64,000 bases of DNA from the human T2T-CHM13v2.0 reference genome, Homo sapiens, in the NCBI RefSeq assembly GCF_009914755.1, contig NC_060948.1; one strand, written 5' to 3'. Shown one piece after another: positions 1 to 14,342 of this stretch (positions are counted from its first letter, which is position 1; every line of letters starts with the position of its first letter). A program made the position numbers and the translations under genes. Below the pieces are notes generated by a model. That model had not been told where the DNA came from. It was given only the letters and a program-made list of their open reading frames with translations, and did no database searches.

Positions 1-494
1 GAATGGAGTGAAATTGTATGCAGTAGAAGGGAATAGAATGGAATGCAAGCGAAAGGAAAGGAATGGATTGGAATGGAATGGAATTCATTGGAATGGAAGG
101 GAATGTAGTGTAATGGACAGGCCTGGAATAAAGTGGAATGCTACGGTCTCGAATGGAATAAAAATGTATGGAATGGAATGCAATGAAACGGAATCAAATG
201 TCATAGAATGTAATGGAATGCAAAAAAATGGAATCCAAAATCATTGACTGGAAAGGCTGGGTGTCGAAAGGAATTGACTCCAATGGTATGGAATCGAATG
301 GAATGGAAGTGAATAGAATCGAACTAAATCGAATGGAATGGAATTGATAGGAACGGAATGGAAAGGAATGCAATGAATTGGCATGGAATGGAATCGAATG
401 GCATCGAATGGAATGGAATGGAATGCAATGGAATGGAATGTATTAGAATGTAATGAACTTTAATGGAATGTACTCGAATGGATTCGACTGGAAT

Positions 495-509
495 GGAATG
501 TTCTGGAAG
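495..509. promoter_or_regulatory. Perfect three-pentamer heat-shock element match (HSE-A, gGAAtgTTCtgGAAg); one per unit, first copy shown
   Basis: Exact nGAAnnTTCnnGAAn match; the GAA begins 415 bp after the EcoRI site in each unit (e.g. 496, 4068, 60981). Binding is inferred, not shown. Confidence 0.5.
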
Positions 510-1808
510 TGAATGGACTCCAATGGAATGGATTCAAAAGGAATGGAATCGTACGGAATGGAATCTAATGGAATGGAATTAAATGGAAATGAATCAAATT
601 GAATAGCACGGAATTGAATTGAATGGAATGGAATGCAATGGAATCTAATGAAACGGAAAGGAAAGGAATGGAATGGAATGGAATGGGCTGGAATGGAAAG
701 GAATCGAAACGAATGGAATGGAATCGAACTGAAGAGACTGGAATGGAATGCACTGGAATGGAAGGGAGTGTAATGGAAGGTTGTCGAAAAAAATGGAATC
801 GAATGGAATGGAATTGAATGGAACGGAATAGAGTCGAATGGAATTGAATGGAATGGAATGGACTAGAGTGAAATGGAATCGAACCACAAGGAATGGACAG
901 GAATAGAATGGTCTCGAATTGAATGGAATCGTATGGAATGGCATCAAACGGAATGGAATGGACAGCCACGGAATGGAATGCACTCGAATGCAATGGAGTC
1001 GAAACGTCGAAACTAATGGACTGGAATAGAATGGACTCGACTGGTACGGACTCCAATGGAATGGAATCGAATGGAAGGGAATCGAACGGAATGGACTCGA
1101 AGGGAAAAGACTGCAATGGAAAGGTCTCGAATGGAATGGAAATTAATGGAATGGAATGGAATCGAATGAAATGGAGTCAAAAGGAATGGAATCGAATGGC
1201 AAGAAATCGAATGTAATGGAATCGCAAGGAATTGATGTGAACGGAACGGAATGGAATGGAATCCAAAGGAATGGAATAGAATGGAATGGAATCGAATGGA
1301 AAGGACTCGAATGGAAATCACTCGAATAGAATGCAATTTAATAAAATAGGAACAAATGTAATGGAATGGAATGGAAAGGAATCGAAACGAAAGGAATGGA
1401 GACAGATGGAATGGAATGGAACAGAGTGCAATGGTATAGAATGGAATGGAATCATCTGGAATGGAATTGAATGGAATGGAATAATATGAAATGGAATGGA
1501 ATGGAATGGAATGGAATGCCCTTGAATTAAATGGACTGGAATGGAATGGACTCGAACAGAGTGGGATGGAAAGTGTTGAGATAGAATGGAATGGACTCCT
1601 TTGGAATGGTGTAGTATGCAATGCAATCGACTGGCAGGGAATCAAAAGGAATGTAATCGAATGGATTGGACTGGAATGCAATGGACTCGAATAGATTGGA
1701 AACGGAATGCAAAGGAATGGAATGGAATAGTATGGAATGGAATGGAAAGGAATGGAGTGGAATAGACTAGAGTGGAATGGAATGGACTGGAAAGCAATGG
1801 ACTGGAAT

Positions 1809-1823
1809 GGAACTTTCTTGAAT
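1809..1823. promoter_or_regulatory. Perfect three-pentamer heat-shock element match (HSE-B, gGAActTTCttGAAt); one per unit, first copy shown
   Basis: Exact nGAAnnTTCnnGAAn match seen in all 18 units. Binding is inferred. Confidence 0.5.
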
Positions 1824-3286
1824 GGACTGGAATCAAACGGAATGGAATGCAATGCAATCAAATGGCATGGAATAAAATAGAATGAAAGAGAATCAAATGG
1901 AATTGAATCGAATGGAATCGAATGGATTGGAAAGGAATAGAATGGAATGGAATGGAATTGACTCAAATGGAATGGACTAGAATGGAATGGATTCGAATGG
2001 AAGGCAAAGGAATGGAATCTATTGGAATGGACTGTAATGGAATGGAATGGAAGGGATTGGAATGGACTCGAATGGAATGGACTGCAATAGAAAGGATTCG
2101 AATGGAATGAAAAAGAATTGAATGGAATAGAACAGAATGGAATCAAATCGAATGAAATGGAATGGAATAGAAAGGAATGGAATGAAATGGAATGGAAAGG
2201 ATTCGAATGGAATGCAATCGAATGGAATGGAATCGAACGGAATGGAATAAAATGGAAGAAAACTGGCAAGAAATGGAATCGAAATGAATGGAGTGTTATG
2301 GAACGGACTCAAAAGGAATTGAATGTAATAGAATGGAGTGGAGTGGACTCGAATATAATGGACTGGAATGGAATGAAATCACATGGAATGGGAACGAATG
2401 GAATGGAATGGAAAGGAATGGAATCGAATGGAAAGGAATCGAATGGAAGGGAATGAAATTGAATCAACAGGAATGGAAGGGAATAGAATAGACGGTAATG
2501 GAATGGACTCGAATAGAATGGACACGAATGCTGAAATTGAATGGACTCGAATGGAATGGAAACGAAAGGAATGTCATCAAATGGAATTGAATCGATTGGA
2601 ATGAAATCGCATAGAATGGAGTGGAATCAAATGGAATTGAATCGAAAGGAAAGGAAGCGAATGGACTGAAATGAAATGGAATGGAATTGAATGGAAAGTA
2701 ATGCAATGGAATAGAATGGAACGAAATTTCACGGAATGGAATCAAACTGAATGGAATCAAATCAATAGAATCAAATCAAATGGAATGGAAAGGAATTGAA
2801 TGGAGTAAATTGGATTGGATGGGATTGGAATGAAATGTACTGGAAACGACTCGAATTTCATGAAACGGAATGGAATGAATTGGAACGGAATGGACTCGAA
2901 TGGAATGGAATGTCATGGAATGGCATCAAATGGAATGGCATCAAATGGAATGGAATCGAATGCAATGGAATGCTATGGAATGGAATGGAATGCATTGGAA
3001 TGGAATGTCCTCTAATGGAATGGATTCGAGTGGAATGGAATCGAATATAATGGAGTCGAATGAAATGGAATTGAAAGGAGTGGGATCGAATACAATGGAA
3101 TATACTGGAATGTAATGTAATGAACTCGAATGTAATTGACTGGAATGGAATGTACATGAATGGAATGTAATCGAATGGAAAGTAATCCAATGGAATAGAA
3201 TCTAATGCAATAAAACCGACTCAGATAGAGTAGAATGTAATGGAATGGAGTGCAGTGCAATGGAATGGAATGGAATGGAATGCAAT

Positions 3287-3341
3287 GGAATGGAATGGAA
3301 TGGAATGGAATGGAATGGAATGGAATGGAATGGAATGGAAT
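3287..3341 (+). repeat. Pure (GGAAT)11 microsatellite-like tract; variable-length equivalent in every unit
   Basis: Uninterrupted GGAAT run between GCAAT and GGGAT. Confidence 0.85.
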
Positions 3342-3652
3342 GGGATGGAATGGGATGGAATGGATAGTAATGGACTGGAGTGAAATGGACTGGAAAGGAA
3401 TGGACTCAAATTGAAAGGGCTCGAAAGGAATGGAGTCAAATGGAATGGTCTGGAATGGAATGAACACGAATGTAATGCAATCCAATAGAATGGAATCGAA
3501 TGGCATGGAATATAAAGAAATGGAATCGAAGAGAATGGAAACAAATGGAATGGAATTGAATGGAATGGGAACGAATGGAGTGAAATTGTATGCAGTAGAA
3601 GGGAATAGAATGGAATGCAAGCGAAAGGAAAGGAATGGATTGGAATGGAATG

Positions 3653-6600
3653 GAATTCATTGGAATGGAAGGGAATGTAGTGTAATGGACAGGCCTGGAA
3701 TAAAGTGGAATGCTACGGTCTCGAATGGAATAAAAATGTATGGAATGGAATGCAATGAAACGGAATCGAATGTCATAGAATGTAATGGAATGCAAAAAAA
3801 TGGAATCCAAAATCATTGACTGGAAAGGCTGGGTGTCGAAAGGAATTGACTCCAATGGTATGGAATCGAATGGAATGGAAGTGAATAGAATCGAACTAAA
3901 TCGAATGGAATGGAATTGATAGGAACGGAATGGAAAGGAATGCAATGAATTGGCATGGAATGGAATCGAATGGCATCGAATGGAATGGAATGGAATGCAA
4001 TGGAATGGAATGTATTAGAATGTAATGAACTTCAATGGAATGTACTCGAATGGATTCGACTGGAATGGAATGTTCTGGAAGTGAATGGATTCCAATGGAA
4101 TGGATTCAAAAGGAATGGAATCGTACGGAATGGAATCTAATGGAATGGAATTAAATGGAAATGAATCAAATTGAATAGCACGGAATTGAATTGAATGGAA
4201 TGGAATGCAATGGAATCTAATGAAACGGAAAGGAAAGGAATGGAATGGAATGGAATGGGCTGGAATGGAAAGGAATCGAATCGAATGGAATGGAATCGAA
4301 CTGAAGAGACTGGAATGGAATGCACTGGAATGGAAGGGAGTGTAATGGAAGGTTGTCGAAAAAAATGGAATCGAATGGAATGGAATTGAATGGAACGGAA
4401 TAGAGTCGAATGGAATTGAATGGAATGGAATGGACTAGAGTGAAATGGAATCGAACCACAAGGAATGGACAGGAATAGAATGGTCTCGAATTGAATGGAA
4501 TCGTATGGAATGGCATCAAACGGAATGGAATGGACAGCCACGGAATGGAATGCACTCGAATGCAATGGAGTCGAAACGTCGAAACTAATGGACTGGAATA
4601 GAATGGACTCGACTGGTACGGACTCCAATGGAATGGAATCGAATGGAAGGGAATCGAACGGAATGGACTCGAAGGGAAAAGACTGCAATGGAAAGGTCTC
4701 GAATGGAATGGAAATTAATGGAATGGAATGGAATCGAATGAAATGGAGTCAAAAGGAATGGAATCGAATGGCAAGAAATCGAATGTAATGGAATCGCAAG
4801 GAATTGATGTGAACGGAACGGAATGGAATGGAATCCAAAGGAATGGAATAGAATGGAATGGAATCGAATGGAAAGGACTCGAATGGAAATCACTCGAATA
4901 GAATGCAATTTAATAAAATAGGAACAAATGTAATGGAATGGAATGGAAAGGAATCGAAACGAAAGGAATGGAGACAGATGGAATGGAATGGAACAGAGTG
5001 CAATGGTATAGAATGGAATGGAATCATCTGGAATGGAATAATATGAAATGGAATGGAATGGAATGGAATGGAATGGAATGGAATGCCCTTGAATTAAATG
5101 GACTGGAATGGAATGGACTCGAACAGAGTGGAATGGAAAGTGTTGAGATAGAATGCAATGGACTCCTTCGGAATGGTCTAGTATGCAATGCAATCGACTG
5201 GCAGGGAATCAAAAGGAATGTAATCGAATGGATTGGACTGGAATGCAGTGGACTCGAATAGATTGGAAACGGAATGCAAAGGAATGGAATGGAATAGTAT
5301 GGAATGGAATGGAAAGGAATGGAGTGGAATAGACTAGAGTGGAATGGAATGGACTGGAAAGCAATGGACTGGAATGGAACTTTCTTGAATGGACTGGAAT
5401 CAAACGGAATGGAATGCAATGCAATCAAATGGCATGGAATAAAATAGAATGAAAGAGAATCAAATGGAATTGAATCGAATGGAATCGAATGGATTGGAAA
5501 GGAATAGAATGGAATGGAATGGAATTGACTCAAATGGAATGGACTAGAATGGAATGGATTCGAATGGAAGGCAAAGGAATGGAATCTATTGGAATGGACT
5601 GTAATGGAATGGAATGGAAGGGATTGGAATGGACTCGAATGGAATGGACTGCAATAGAAAGGATTCGAATGGAATGAAAAAGAATTGAATGGAATAGAAC
5701 AGAATGGAATCAAATCGAATGAAATGGAATGGAATAGAAAGGAATGGAATGAAATGGAATGGAAAGGATTCGAATGGAATGCAATCGAATGGAATGGAAT
5801 CGAACGGAATGGAATAAAATGGAAGAAAACTGGCAAGAAATGGAATCGAAATGAATGGAGTGTTATGGAACGGACTCAAAAGGAATTGAATGTAATAGAA
5901 TGGAGTGGAGTGGACTCGAATATAATGGACTGGAATGGAATGAAATCACATGGAATGGGAACGAATGGAATGGAATGGAAAGGAATGGAATCGAATGGAA
6001 AGGAATCGAATGGAAGGGAATGAAATTGAATCAACAGGAATGGAAGGGAATAGAATACACGGTAATGGAATGGACTCGAATAGAATGGACACGAATGCTC
6101 AAATTGAATGGACTCGAATGGAATGGAAACGAAAGGAATGTCATCGAATGGAATTGAATCAATTGGAATGAAATCGCATAGAATGGAGTGGAATCAAATG
6201 GAATTGAATCGAAAGGAAAGGAAGCGAATGGACTGAAATGAAATGGAATGGAATTGAATGGAAAGTAATGCAATGGAATAGAATGGAACGAAATTTCACG
6301 GAATGGAATCAAACTGAATGGAATCAAATCAATGGAATCAAATCAAATGGAATGGAAAGGAATTGAATGGAGTAGATGGGATTGGATGGGATTGGAATGA
6401 AATGTACTGGAAACGACTCGAATTTCATGAAACGGAATGGAATGAATTGGAACGGAATGGACTCGAATGGAATGGAATGTCATGGAATGGCATCAAATGG
6501 AATGGCATCAAATGGAATGGAATCGAATGCAATGGAATGCTATGGAATGGAATGAAATGCATTGGAATGGAATGTCCTCTAATGGAATGGATTCGAGTGG

Positions 6601-7214
6601 AATGGAATCGAATATAATGGAGTCGAATGAAATGGAATTGAAAGGAGTGGGATCGAATACAATGGAATATACTGGAATGTAATGTAATGAACTCGAATGT
6701 AATTGACTGGAATGGAATGTACATGAATGGAATGTAATCGAATGGAAAGTAATCCAATGGAATAGAATCTAATGCAATAAAACCGACTCAGATAGAGTAG
6801 AATGTAATGGAATGGAGTGCAGTGCAATGGAATGGAATGGAATGGAATGCAATGGAATGGAATGGAATGGAATGGAATGGAATGGAATGGAATGGAATGG
6901 AATGGGATGGAATGGGATGGAATGGATAGTAATGGACTGGAGTGAAATGGACTGGAAAGGAATGGACTCAAATTGAAAGGGCTCGAAAGGAATGGAGTCA
7001 AATGGAATGGTCTGGAATGGAATGAACACGAATGTAATGCAATCCAATAGAATGGAATCGAATGGCATGGAATATAAAGAAATGGAATCGAAGAGAATGG
7101 AAACAAATGGAATGGAATTGAATGGAATGGGAACGAATGGAGTGAAATTGTATGCAGTAGAAGGGAATAGAATGGAATGCAAGCGAAAGGAAAGGAATGG
7201 ATTGGAATGGAATG
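3653..7214 (+). repeat. DYZ1 unit U2 (3562 bp)
   Basis: GAATTC at 3653 and 7215; 8-bp duplication at 4570-4585. Confidence 0.92.
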
Positions 7215-10200
7215 GAATTCATTGGAATGGAAGGGAATGTAGTGTAATGGACAGGCCTGGAATAAAGTGGAATGCTACGGTCTCGAATGGAATAAAAATG
7301 TATGGAATGGAATGCAATGAAACGGAATCGAATGTCATAGAATGTAATGGAATGCAAAAAAATGGAATCCAAAATCATTGACTGGAAAGGCTGGGTGTCG
7401 AAAGGAATTGACTCCAATGGAATGGAATCGAATGGAATGGAAGTGAATAGAATCGAACTAAATCGAATGGAACGGAATTGATAGGAACGGAATTTAAAGG
7501 AATGCAATGATTTGGCATGGAATGGAATCGAATGGCATCGAATGGAATGGAATGGAATGCAATGGAATGGAATGTATTAGAATGTAATGAACTTTAATGG
7601 AATGTACTCGAATGGATTCGACTGGAATGGAATGTTCTGGAAGTGAATGGACTCCAATGGAATGGATTCAAAAGGAATGGAATCGTACGGAATGGAATCT
7701 AATGGAATGGAATTAAATGGAAATGAATCAAATTGAATAGCACGGAATTGAATTGAATGGAATGGAATGCAATGGAATCTAATGAAACGGAAAGGAAAGG
7801 AATGGAATGGAATGGAATGGGCTGGAATGGAAAGGAATCGAAACGAATGGAATGGAATCGAACTGAAGAGACTGGAATGGAATGCACTGGAATGGAAGGG
7901 AGTGTAATGGAAGGTTGTCGAAAAAAATGGAATCGAATGGAATGGAATTGAATGGAACGGAATAGAGTCGAATGGAATTGAATGGAATGGAATGGACTAG
8001 AGTGAAATGGAATCGAACCACAAGGAATGGACAGGAATAGAATGGTCTCGAATTGAATGGAATCGTATGGAATGGCATCAAACGGAATGGAATGGACAGC
8101 CACGGAATGGAATGCACTCGAATGCAATGGAGTCGAAACTAATGGACTGGAATAGAATGGACTCGACTGGTACGGACTCCAATGGAATGGAATCGAATGG
8201 AAGGGAATCGAACGGAATGGACTCGAAGGGAAAAGACTGCAATGGAAAGGTCTCGAATGGAATGGAAATTAATGGAATGGAATGGAATCGAATGAAATGG
8301 AGTCAAAAGGAATGGAATCGAATGGCAAGAAATCGAATGTAATGGAATCGCAAGGAATTGATGTGAACGGAACGGAATGGAATGGAATCCAAAGGAATGG
8401 AATAGAATGGAATGGAATCGAATGGAAAGGACTCGAATGGAAATCACTCGAATAGAATGCAATTTAATAAAATAGGATCAAATGTAATGGAATGTAATGG
8501 AAAGGAATCGAAACGAAAGGAATGGAGACAGATGGAATGGAATGGAACAGAGAGCAATGGTATAGAATGGAATGGAATCATCTGGAATGGAATTGAATGG
8601 AATGGAATAATATGAAATGGAATGGAATGGAATGGAATGGAATGCCCTTGAATTAAATGGACTGGAATGGAATGGACTCGAACAGAGTGGAATGGAAAGT
8701 GTTGAGATAGAATGGAATGGACTCCTTTGGAATGGTGTAGTATGCAATGCAATCGACTGGCAGGGAATCAAAAGGAATGTAATGGAATGGATTGGACTGG
8801 AATGCAATGGACTGGAATAGATTGGAAACGGAATGCAAAGGAATGGAATGGAATAGTATGGAATGGAATGGAAAGGAATGGAGTGGAATAGACTAGAGTG
8901 GAATGGAATGGACTGGAAAGCAATGGACTGGAATGGAACTTTCTTGAATGGACTGGAATCAAACGGAATGGAATGCAATGCAATCAAATGGCATGGAATA
9001 AAATAGAATGAAAGAGAATCAAATGGAATTGAATCGAATGGAATCGAATGGATTGGAAAGGAATAGAATGGAATGGAATGGAATTGACTCAAATGGAATG
9101 GACTAGAATGGAATGGATTCGAATGGAAGGCAAAGGAATGGAATCTATTGGAATGGACTGTAATGGAATGTAATGGAAGGGATTGGAATGGACTCGAATG
9201 GAATGGACTGCAATAGAAAGGATTCGAATGGAATGAAAAAGAATTGAATGGAATAGAACAGAATGGAATCAAATCGAATGAAATGGAATGGAATAGAAAG
9301 GAATGGAATGAAATGGAATGGAAAGGATTCGAATGGAATGCAATCGAATGGAATGGAATCGAACGGAATGGAATAAAATGGAAGAAAACTGGCAAGAAAT
9401 GGAATCGAAATGAATGGAGTGTTATGGAACGGACTCAAAAGGAATTGAATGTAATAGAATGGAGTGGAGTGGACTCGAATATAATGGACTGGAATGGAAT
9501 GAAATCACATGGAATGGGAACGAATGGAATGGAATGGAAAGGAATGGAATCGAATGGAAAGGAATCGAATGGAAGGGAATGAAATTGAATCAACAGGAAT
9601 GGAAGGGAATAGAATAGACGGTAATGGAATGGACTCGAATAGAATGGACACGAATGCTGAAATTGAATGGACTCGAATGGAATGGAAACGAAAGGAATGT
9701 CATCGAATGGAATTGAATCGATTGGAATGAAATCGCATAGAATGGAGTGGAATCAAATGGAATTGAATCGAAAGGAAAGGAAGCGAATGGACTGAAATGA
9801 AATGGAATGGAATTGAATGGAAAGTAATGCAATGGAATAGAATGGAATGAAATTTCACGGAATGGAATCAAACTGAATGGAATCAAATCAATGGAATCAA
9901 ATCAAATGGAATGGAAAGGAATTGAATGGAGAAGATTGGATTCGATGGGATTGGAATGAAATGTACTGGAAAGGACTCGAATTTCATGAAACGGAATGGA
10001 ATGAATTGGAACGGAATGGACTCGAATGGAATGGAATGTCATGGAATGGCATCAAATGGAATGGCATCAAATGGAATGGAATCGAATGCAATGGAATGCT
10101 ATGGAATGGAATGGAATGCATTGGAATGGAATGTCCTCTAATGGAATGGATTCGAGTGGAATGGAATCGAATATAATGGAGTCGAATGAAATGGAATTGA

Positions 10201-10803
10201 AAGGAGTGGGATCGAATACAATGGAATATACTGGAATGTAATGTAATGAACTCGAATGTAATTGACTGGAATGGAATGTACATGAATGGAATGTAATCGA
10301 ATGGAAAGTAATCCAATGGAATAGAATCTAATGCAATAAAACCGACTCAGATAGAGTAGAATGTAATGGAATGGAGTGCAGTGCAATGGAATGGAATGGA
10401 ATGGAATGGAATGCAATGGAATGGAATGGAATGGAATGGAATGGAATGGAATGGAATGGAATTGAATGGAATGGAATGGGATGGAATGGGATGGAATGGA
10501 TAGTAATGGACTGGAGTGAAATGGACTGGAAAGGAATGGACTCAAATTGAAAGGGCTCGAAAGGAATGGAGTCAAATGGAATGGTCTGGAATGGAATGAA
10601 CACGAATGTAATGCAATCCAATAGAATGGAATCGAATGGCATGGAATATAAAGAAATGGAATCGAAGAGAATGGAAACAAATGGAATGGAATTGAATGGA
10701 ATGGAATTGAATGGAATGGGAACGAATGGAGTGAAATTGTATGCAGTAGAAGGGAATAGAATGGAATGCAAGCGAAAGGAAAGGAATGGATTGGAATGGA
10801 ATG
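7215..10803 (+). repeat. DYZ1 unit U3 (3589 bp, longest)
   Basis: EcoRI landmark spacing; recurring ORF end (...GIQNH) at 7381 and 10970. Confidence 0.92.
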
Positions 10804-13800
10804 GAATTCATTGGAATGGAAGGGAATGTAGTGTAATGGACAGGCCTGGAATAAAGTGGAATGCTACGGTCTCGAATGGAATAAAAATGTATGGAATGGA
10901 ATGCAATGAAACGGAATCGAATGTCATAGAATGTAATGGAATGCAAAAAAATGGAATCCAAAATCATTGACTGGAAAGGCTGGGTGTCGAAAGGAATTGA
11001 CTCCAATGGAATGGAATCGAATGGAATGGAAGTGAATAGAATCGAACTAAATCGAATGGAATGGAATTGATAGGAACGGAATGGAAAGGAATGCAATGAT
11101 TTGGCATGGAATGGAATCGAATGGCATCGAATGGAATGGAATGGAATGCAATGGAATGGAATGTATTAGAATGTAATGAACTTTAATGGAATGTACTCGA
11201 ATGGATTCGACTGGAATGGAATGTTCTGGAAGTGAATGGACTCCAATGGAATGGATTCAAAAGGAATGGAATCGTACGGAATGGAATATAATGGAATGGA
11301 ATTAAATGGAAATGAATCAAATTGAATAGCACGGAATTGAATTGAATGGAATGGAATGCAATGGAATCTAATGAAACGGAAAGGAAAGGAATGGAATGGA
11401 ATGGAATGGGCTGGAATGGAAAGGAATCGAAACGAATGGAATGGAATCGAACTGAAGAGACTGGAATGGAATGCACTGGAATGGAAGGGAGTGTAACGGA
11501 AGGTTCTCGAAAAAAATGGAATCGAATGGAATGGAATTGAATGGAACGGAATAGAGTCGAATGGAATTGAATGGAATGGAATGGACTAGAGTGAAATGGA
11601 ATCGAACCACAAGGAATGGACAGGAATAGAATGGTCTCGAATTGAATGGAATCGTATGGAATGGCATCAAACGGAATGGAATGGACAGCCACGGAATGGA
11701 ATGCACTCGAATGCAATGGAGTCGAAACTAATGGACTGGAATAGAATGGACTCGACTGGTACGGACTCCAATGGAATGGAATCGAATGGAAGGGAATCGA
11801 ACGGAATGGACTCGAAGGGAAAAGACTGCAATGGAAAGGTCTCGAATGGAATGGAAATTAATGGAATGGAATGGAATCGAATGAAATGGAGTCAAAAGGA
11901 ATGGAATCGAATGGCAAGAAATCGAATGTAATGGAATCGCAAGGAATTGATGTGAACGGAACGGAATGGAATGGAATCCAAAGGAATGGAATAGAATGGA
12001 ATGGAATCGAATGGAAAGGACTCGAATGGAAATCACTCGAATAGAATGCAATTTAATAAAATAGGATCAAATGTAATGGAATGGAATGGAAAGGAATCGA
12101 AACGAAAGGAATGGAGACAGATGGAATGGAATGGAACAGAGAGCAATGGTATAGAATGGAATGGAATCATCTGGAATGGAATTGAATGGAATGGAATAAT
12201 ATGAAATGGAATGGAATGGAATGGAATGGAATGCCCTTGAATTAAATGGACTGGAATGGAATGGACTCGAACAGAGTGGAATGGAAAGTGTTGAGATAGA
12301 ATGGAATGGACTCCTTTGGAATGGTGTAGTATGCAATGCAATCGACTGGCAGGGAATCAAAAGGAATGTAATGGAATGGATTGGACTGGAATGCAATGGA
12401 CTCGAATAGATTGGAAACGGAATGCAAAGGAATGGAATGGAATAGTATGGAATGGAATGGAAAGGAATGGAGTGGAATAGACTAGAGTGGAATGGAATGG
12501 ACTGGAAAGCAATGGACTGGAATGGAACTTTCTTGAATGGACTGGAATCAAACGGAATGGAATGCAATGCAATCAAATGGCATGGAATAAAATAGAATGA
12601 AAGAGAATCAAATGGAATTGAATCGAATGGAATCGAATGGATTGGAAAGGAATAGAATGGAATGGAATGGAATGGACTAGAATGGAATGGATTCGAATGG
12701 AAGGCAAAGGAATGGAATCTATTGGAATGGACTGTAATGGAATGGAATGGAAGGGATTGGAATGGACTCGAATGGAATGGACTGCAATAGAAAGGATTCG
12801 AATGGAATGAAAAAGAATTGAATGGAATAGAACAGAATGGAATCAAATCGAATGAAATGGAATGGAATAGAAAGGAATGGAATGAAATGGAATGGAAAGG
12901 ATTCGAATGGAATGCAATCGAATGGAATGGAATCGAACGGAATGGAATAAAATGGAAGAAAACTGGCAAGAAATGGAATCGAAATGAATGGAGTGTTATG
13001 GAACGGACTCAAAAGGAATTGAATGTAATAGAATGGAGTGGAGTGGACTCGAATATAATGGACTGGAATGGAATGAAATCACAAGGAATGGGAACGAATG
13101 GAATGGAATGGAAAGGAATGGAATCGAATGGAAAGGAATCGAATGGAAGGGAATGAAATTGAATCAACAGGAATGGAAGGGAATAGAATAGACGGTAATG
13201 GAATGGACTCGAATAGAATGGACACTAATGCTCAAATTGAATGGACTCGAATGGAATGGAAACGAAAGGAATGTCATCGAATGGAATTGAATGGATTGGA
13301 ATGAAATCGCATAGAATGGAGTGGAATCAAATGGAATTGAATCGAAAGGAAAGGAAGCGAATGGACTGAAATGAAATGGAATGGAATTGAATGGAAAGTA
13401 ATGCAATGGAATAGAATGGAACGAAATTTCACGGAATGGAATCAAACTGAATGGAATCAAATCAATGGAATCAAATCAAATGGAATGGAAAGGAATTGAA
13501 TGGAGTAGATTGGATTGGATGGGATTGGAATGAAATGTACTGGAAAGGACTCGAATTTCATGAAACGGAATGGAATGAATTGGAACGGAATGGACTCGAA
13601 TGGAATGGAATGTCATGGAATGGCATCAAATGGAATGGAATCGAATGCAATGGAATGCTATGGAATGGAATGGAATGCATTGGAATGGAATGTCCTCTAA
13701 TGGAATGGATTCGAATGGAATGGAATCGAATATAATGGAGTCGAATGAAATGGAATTGAAAGGAATGGGATCGAATACAATGGAATATACTGGAATGTAA

Positions 13801-14342
13801 TGTAATGAACTCGAATGTAATTGACTGGAATGGAATGTACATGAATGGAATGTAATCGAATGGAAAGTAATCCAATGGAATAGAATCTAATGCAATAAAA
13901 TCGACTCAGATAGAGTAGAATGTAATGGAATGGAGTGCAGTGCAATGGAATGGAATGGAATGGAATGCAATGGAATGGAATGGAATGGAATGGAATGGAA
14001 TGGAATGGGATGGAATGGGATGGAATGGTATGGAATGGATAGTAATGGACTGGAGTGAAATGGACTGGAAAGGAATGGACTCAAATTGAAAGGGCTCGAA
14101 AGGAATGGAGTCAAATGGAATGGTCTGGAATGGAATGAACACGAATGTAATGCAATCCAATAGAATGGAATCGAATGGCATGGAATATAAAGAAATGGAA
14201 TCGAAGAGAATGGAAACAAATGGAATGGAATTGAATGGAATGGAATTGAATGGAATGGGAACGAATGGAGTGAAATTGTATGCAGTAGAAGGGAATAGAA
14301 TGGAATGCAAGCGAAAGGAAAGGAATGGATTGGAATGGAATG
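10804..14342 (+). repeat. DYZ1 unit U4 (3539 bp)
   Basis: Landmark spacing 10970 to 14509; two 15-bp deletions (~12670, ~13630). Confidence 0.92.
11498..11512. promoter_or_regulatory. Polymorphic perfect heat-shock element match (HSE-C, gGAAggTTCtcGAAa); first intact copy shown
   Basis: Intact in U4 and U6-U18; TTG instead of TTC in U1, U2, U3 and U5 (e.g. 776-788). Confidence 0.45.

Larger units (their letters stand above)
81..3652 (+). repeat. DYZ1 unit U1 (3572 bp, EcoRI to EcoRI)
   Basis: GAATTC at 81 and 3653; carries the 8-bp duplication GTCGAAAC at 998-1013. Confidence 0.92.

Noticed and set aside
127-1346. AATAAA polyadenylation-like hexamers (several per unit)
   Set aside because: They are only one or two substitutions from AATGGA, and no transcript context or clear downstream GU-rich element supports them.
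2751-2782. GAATCAAATCA cluster (GAATCTAATCA in U5/U7) resembling a DUX-family homeodomain site
   Set aside because: It mismatches the TAA core of the DUX4 consensus and is easily generated from the pentamer by chance.
2811-2828. G-quadruplex candidate (GGATTGGATGGGATTGG)
   Set aside because: Mostly GG runs without four GGG tracts, and no different from the background satellite.
2723-2865. Further partial HSE-like motifs (GAAatTTCacGGA; TTCatGAA)
   Set aside because: Only two correct pentamers each, so they are not counted as perfect HSEs, though they could act as weak sites.
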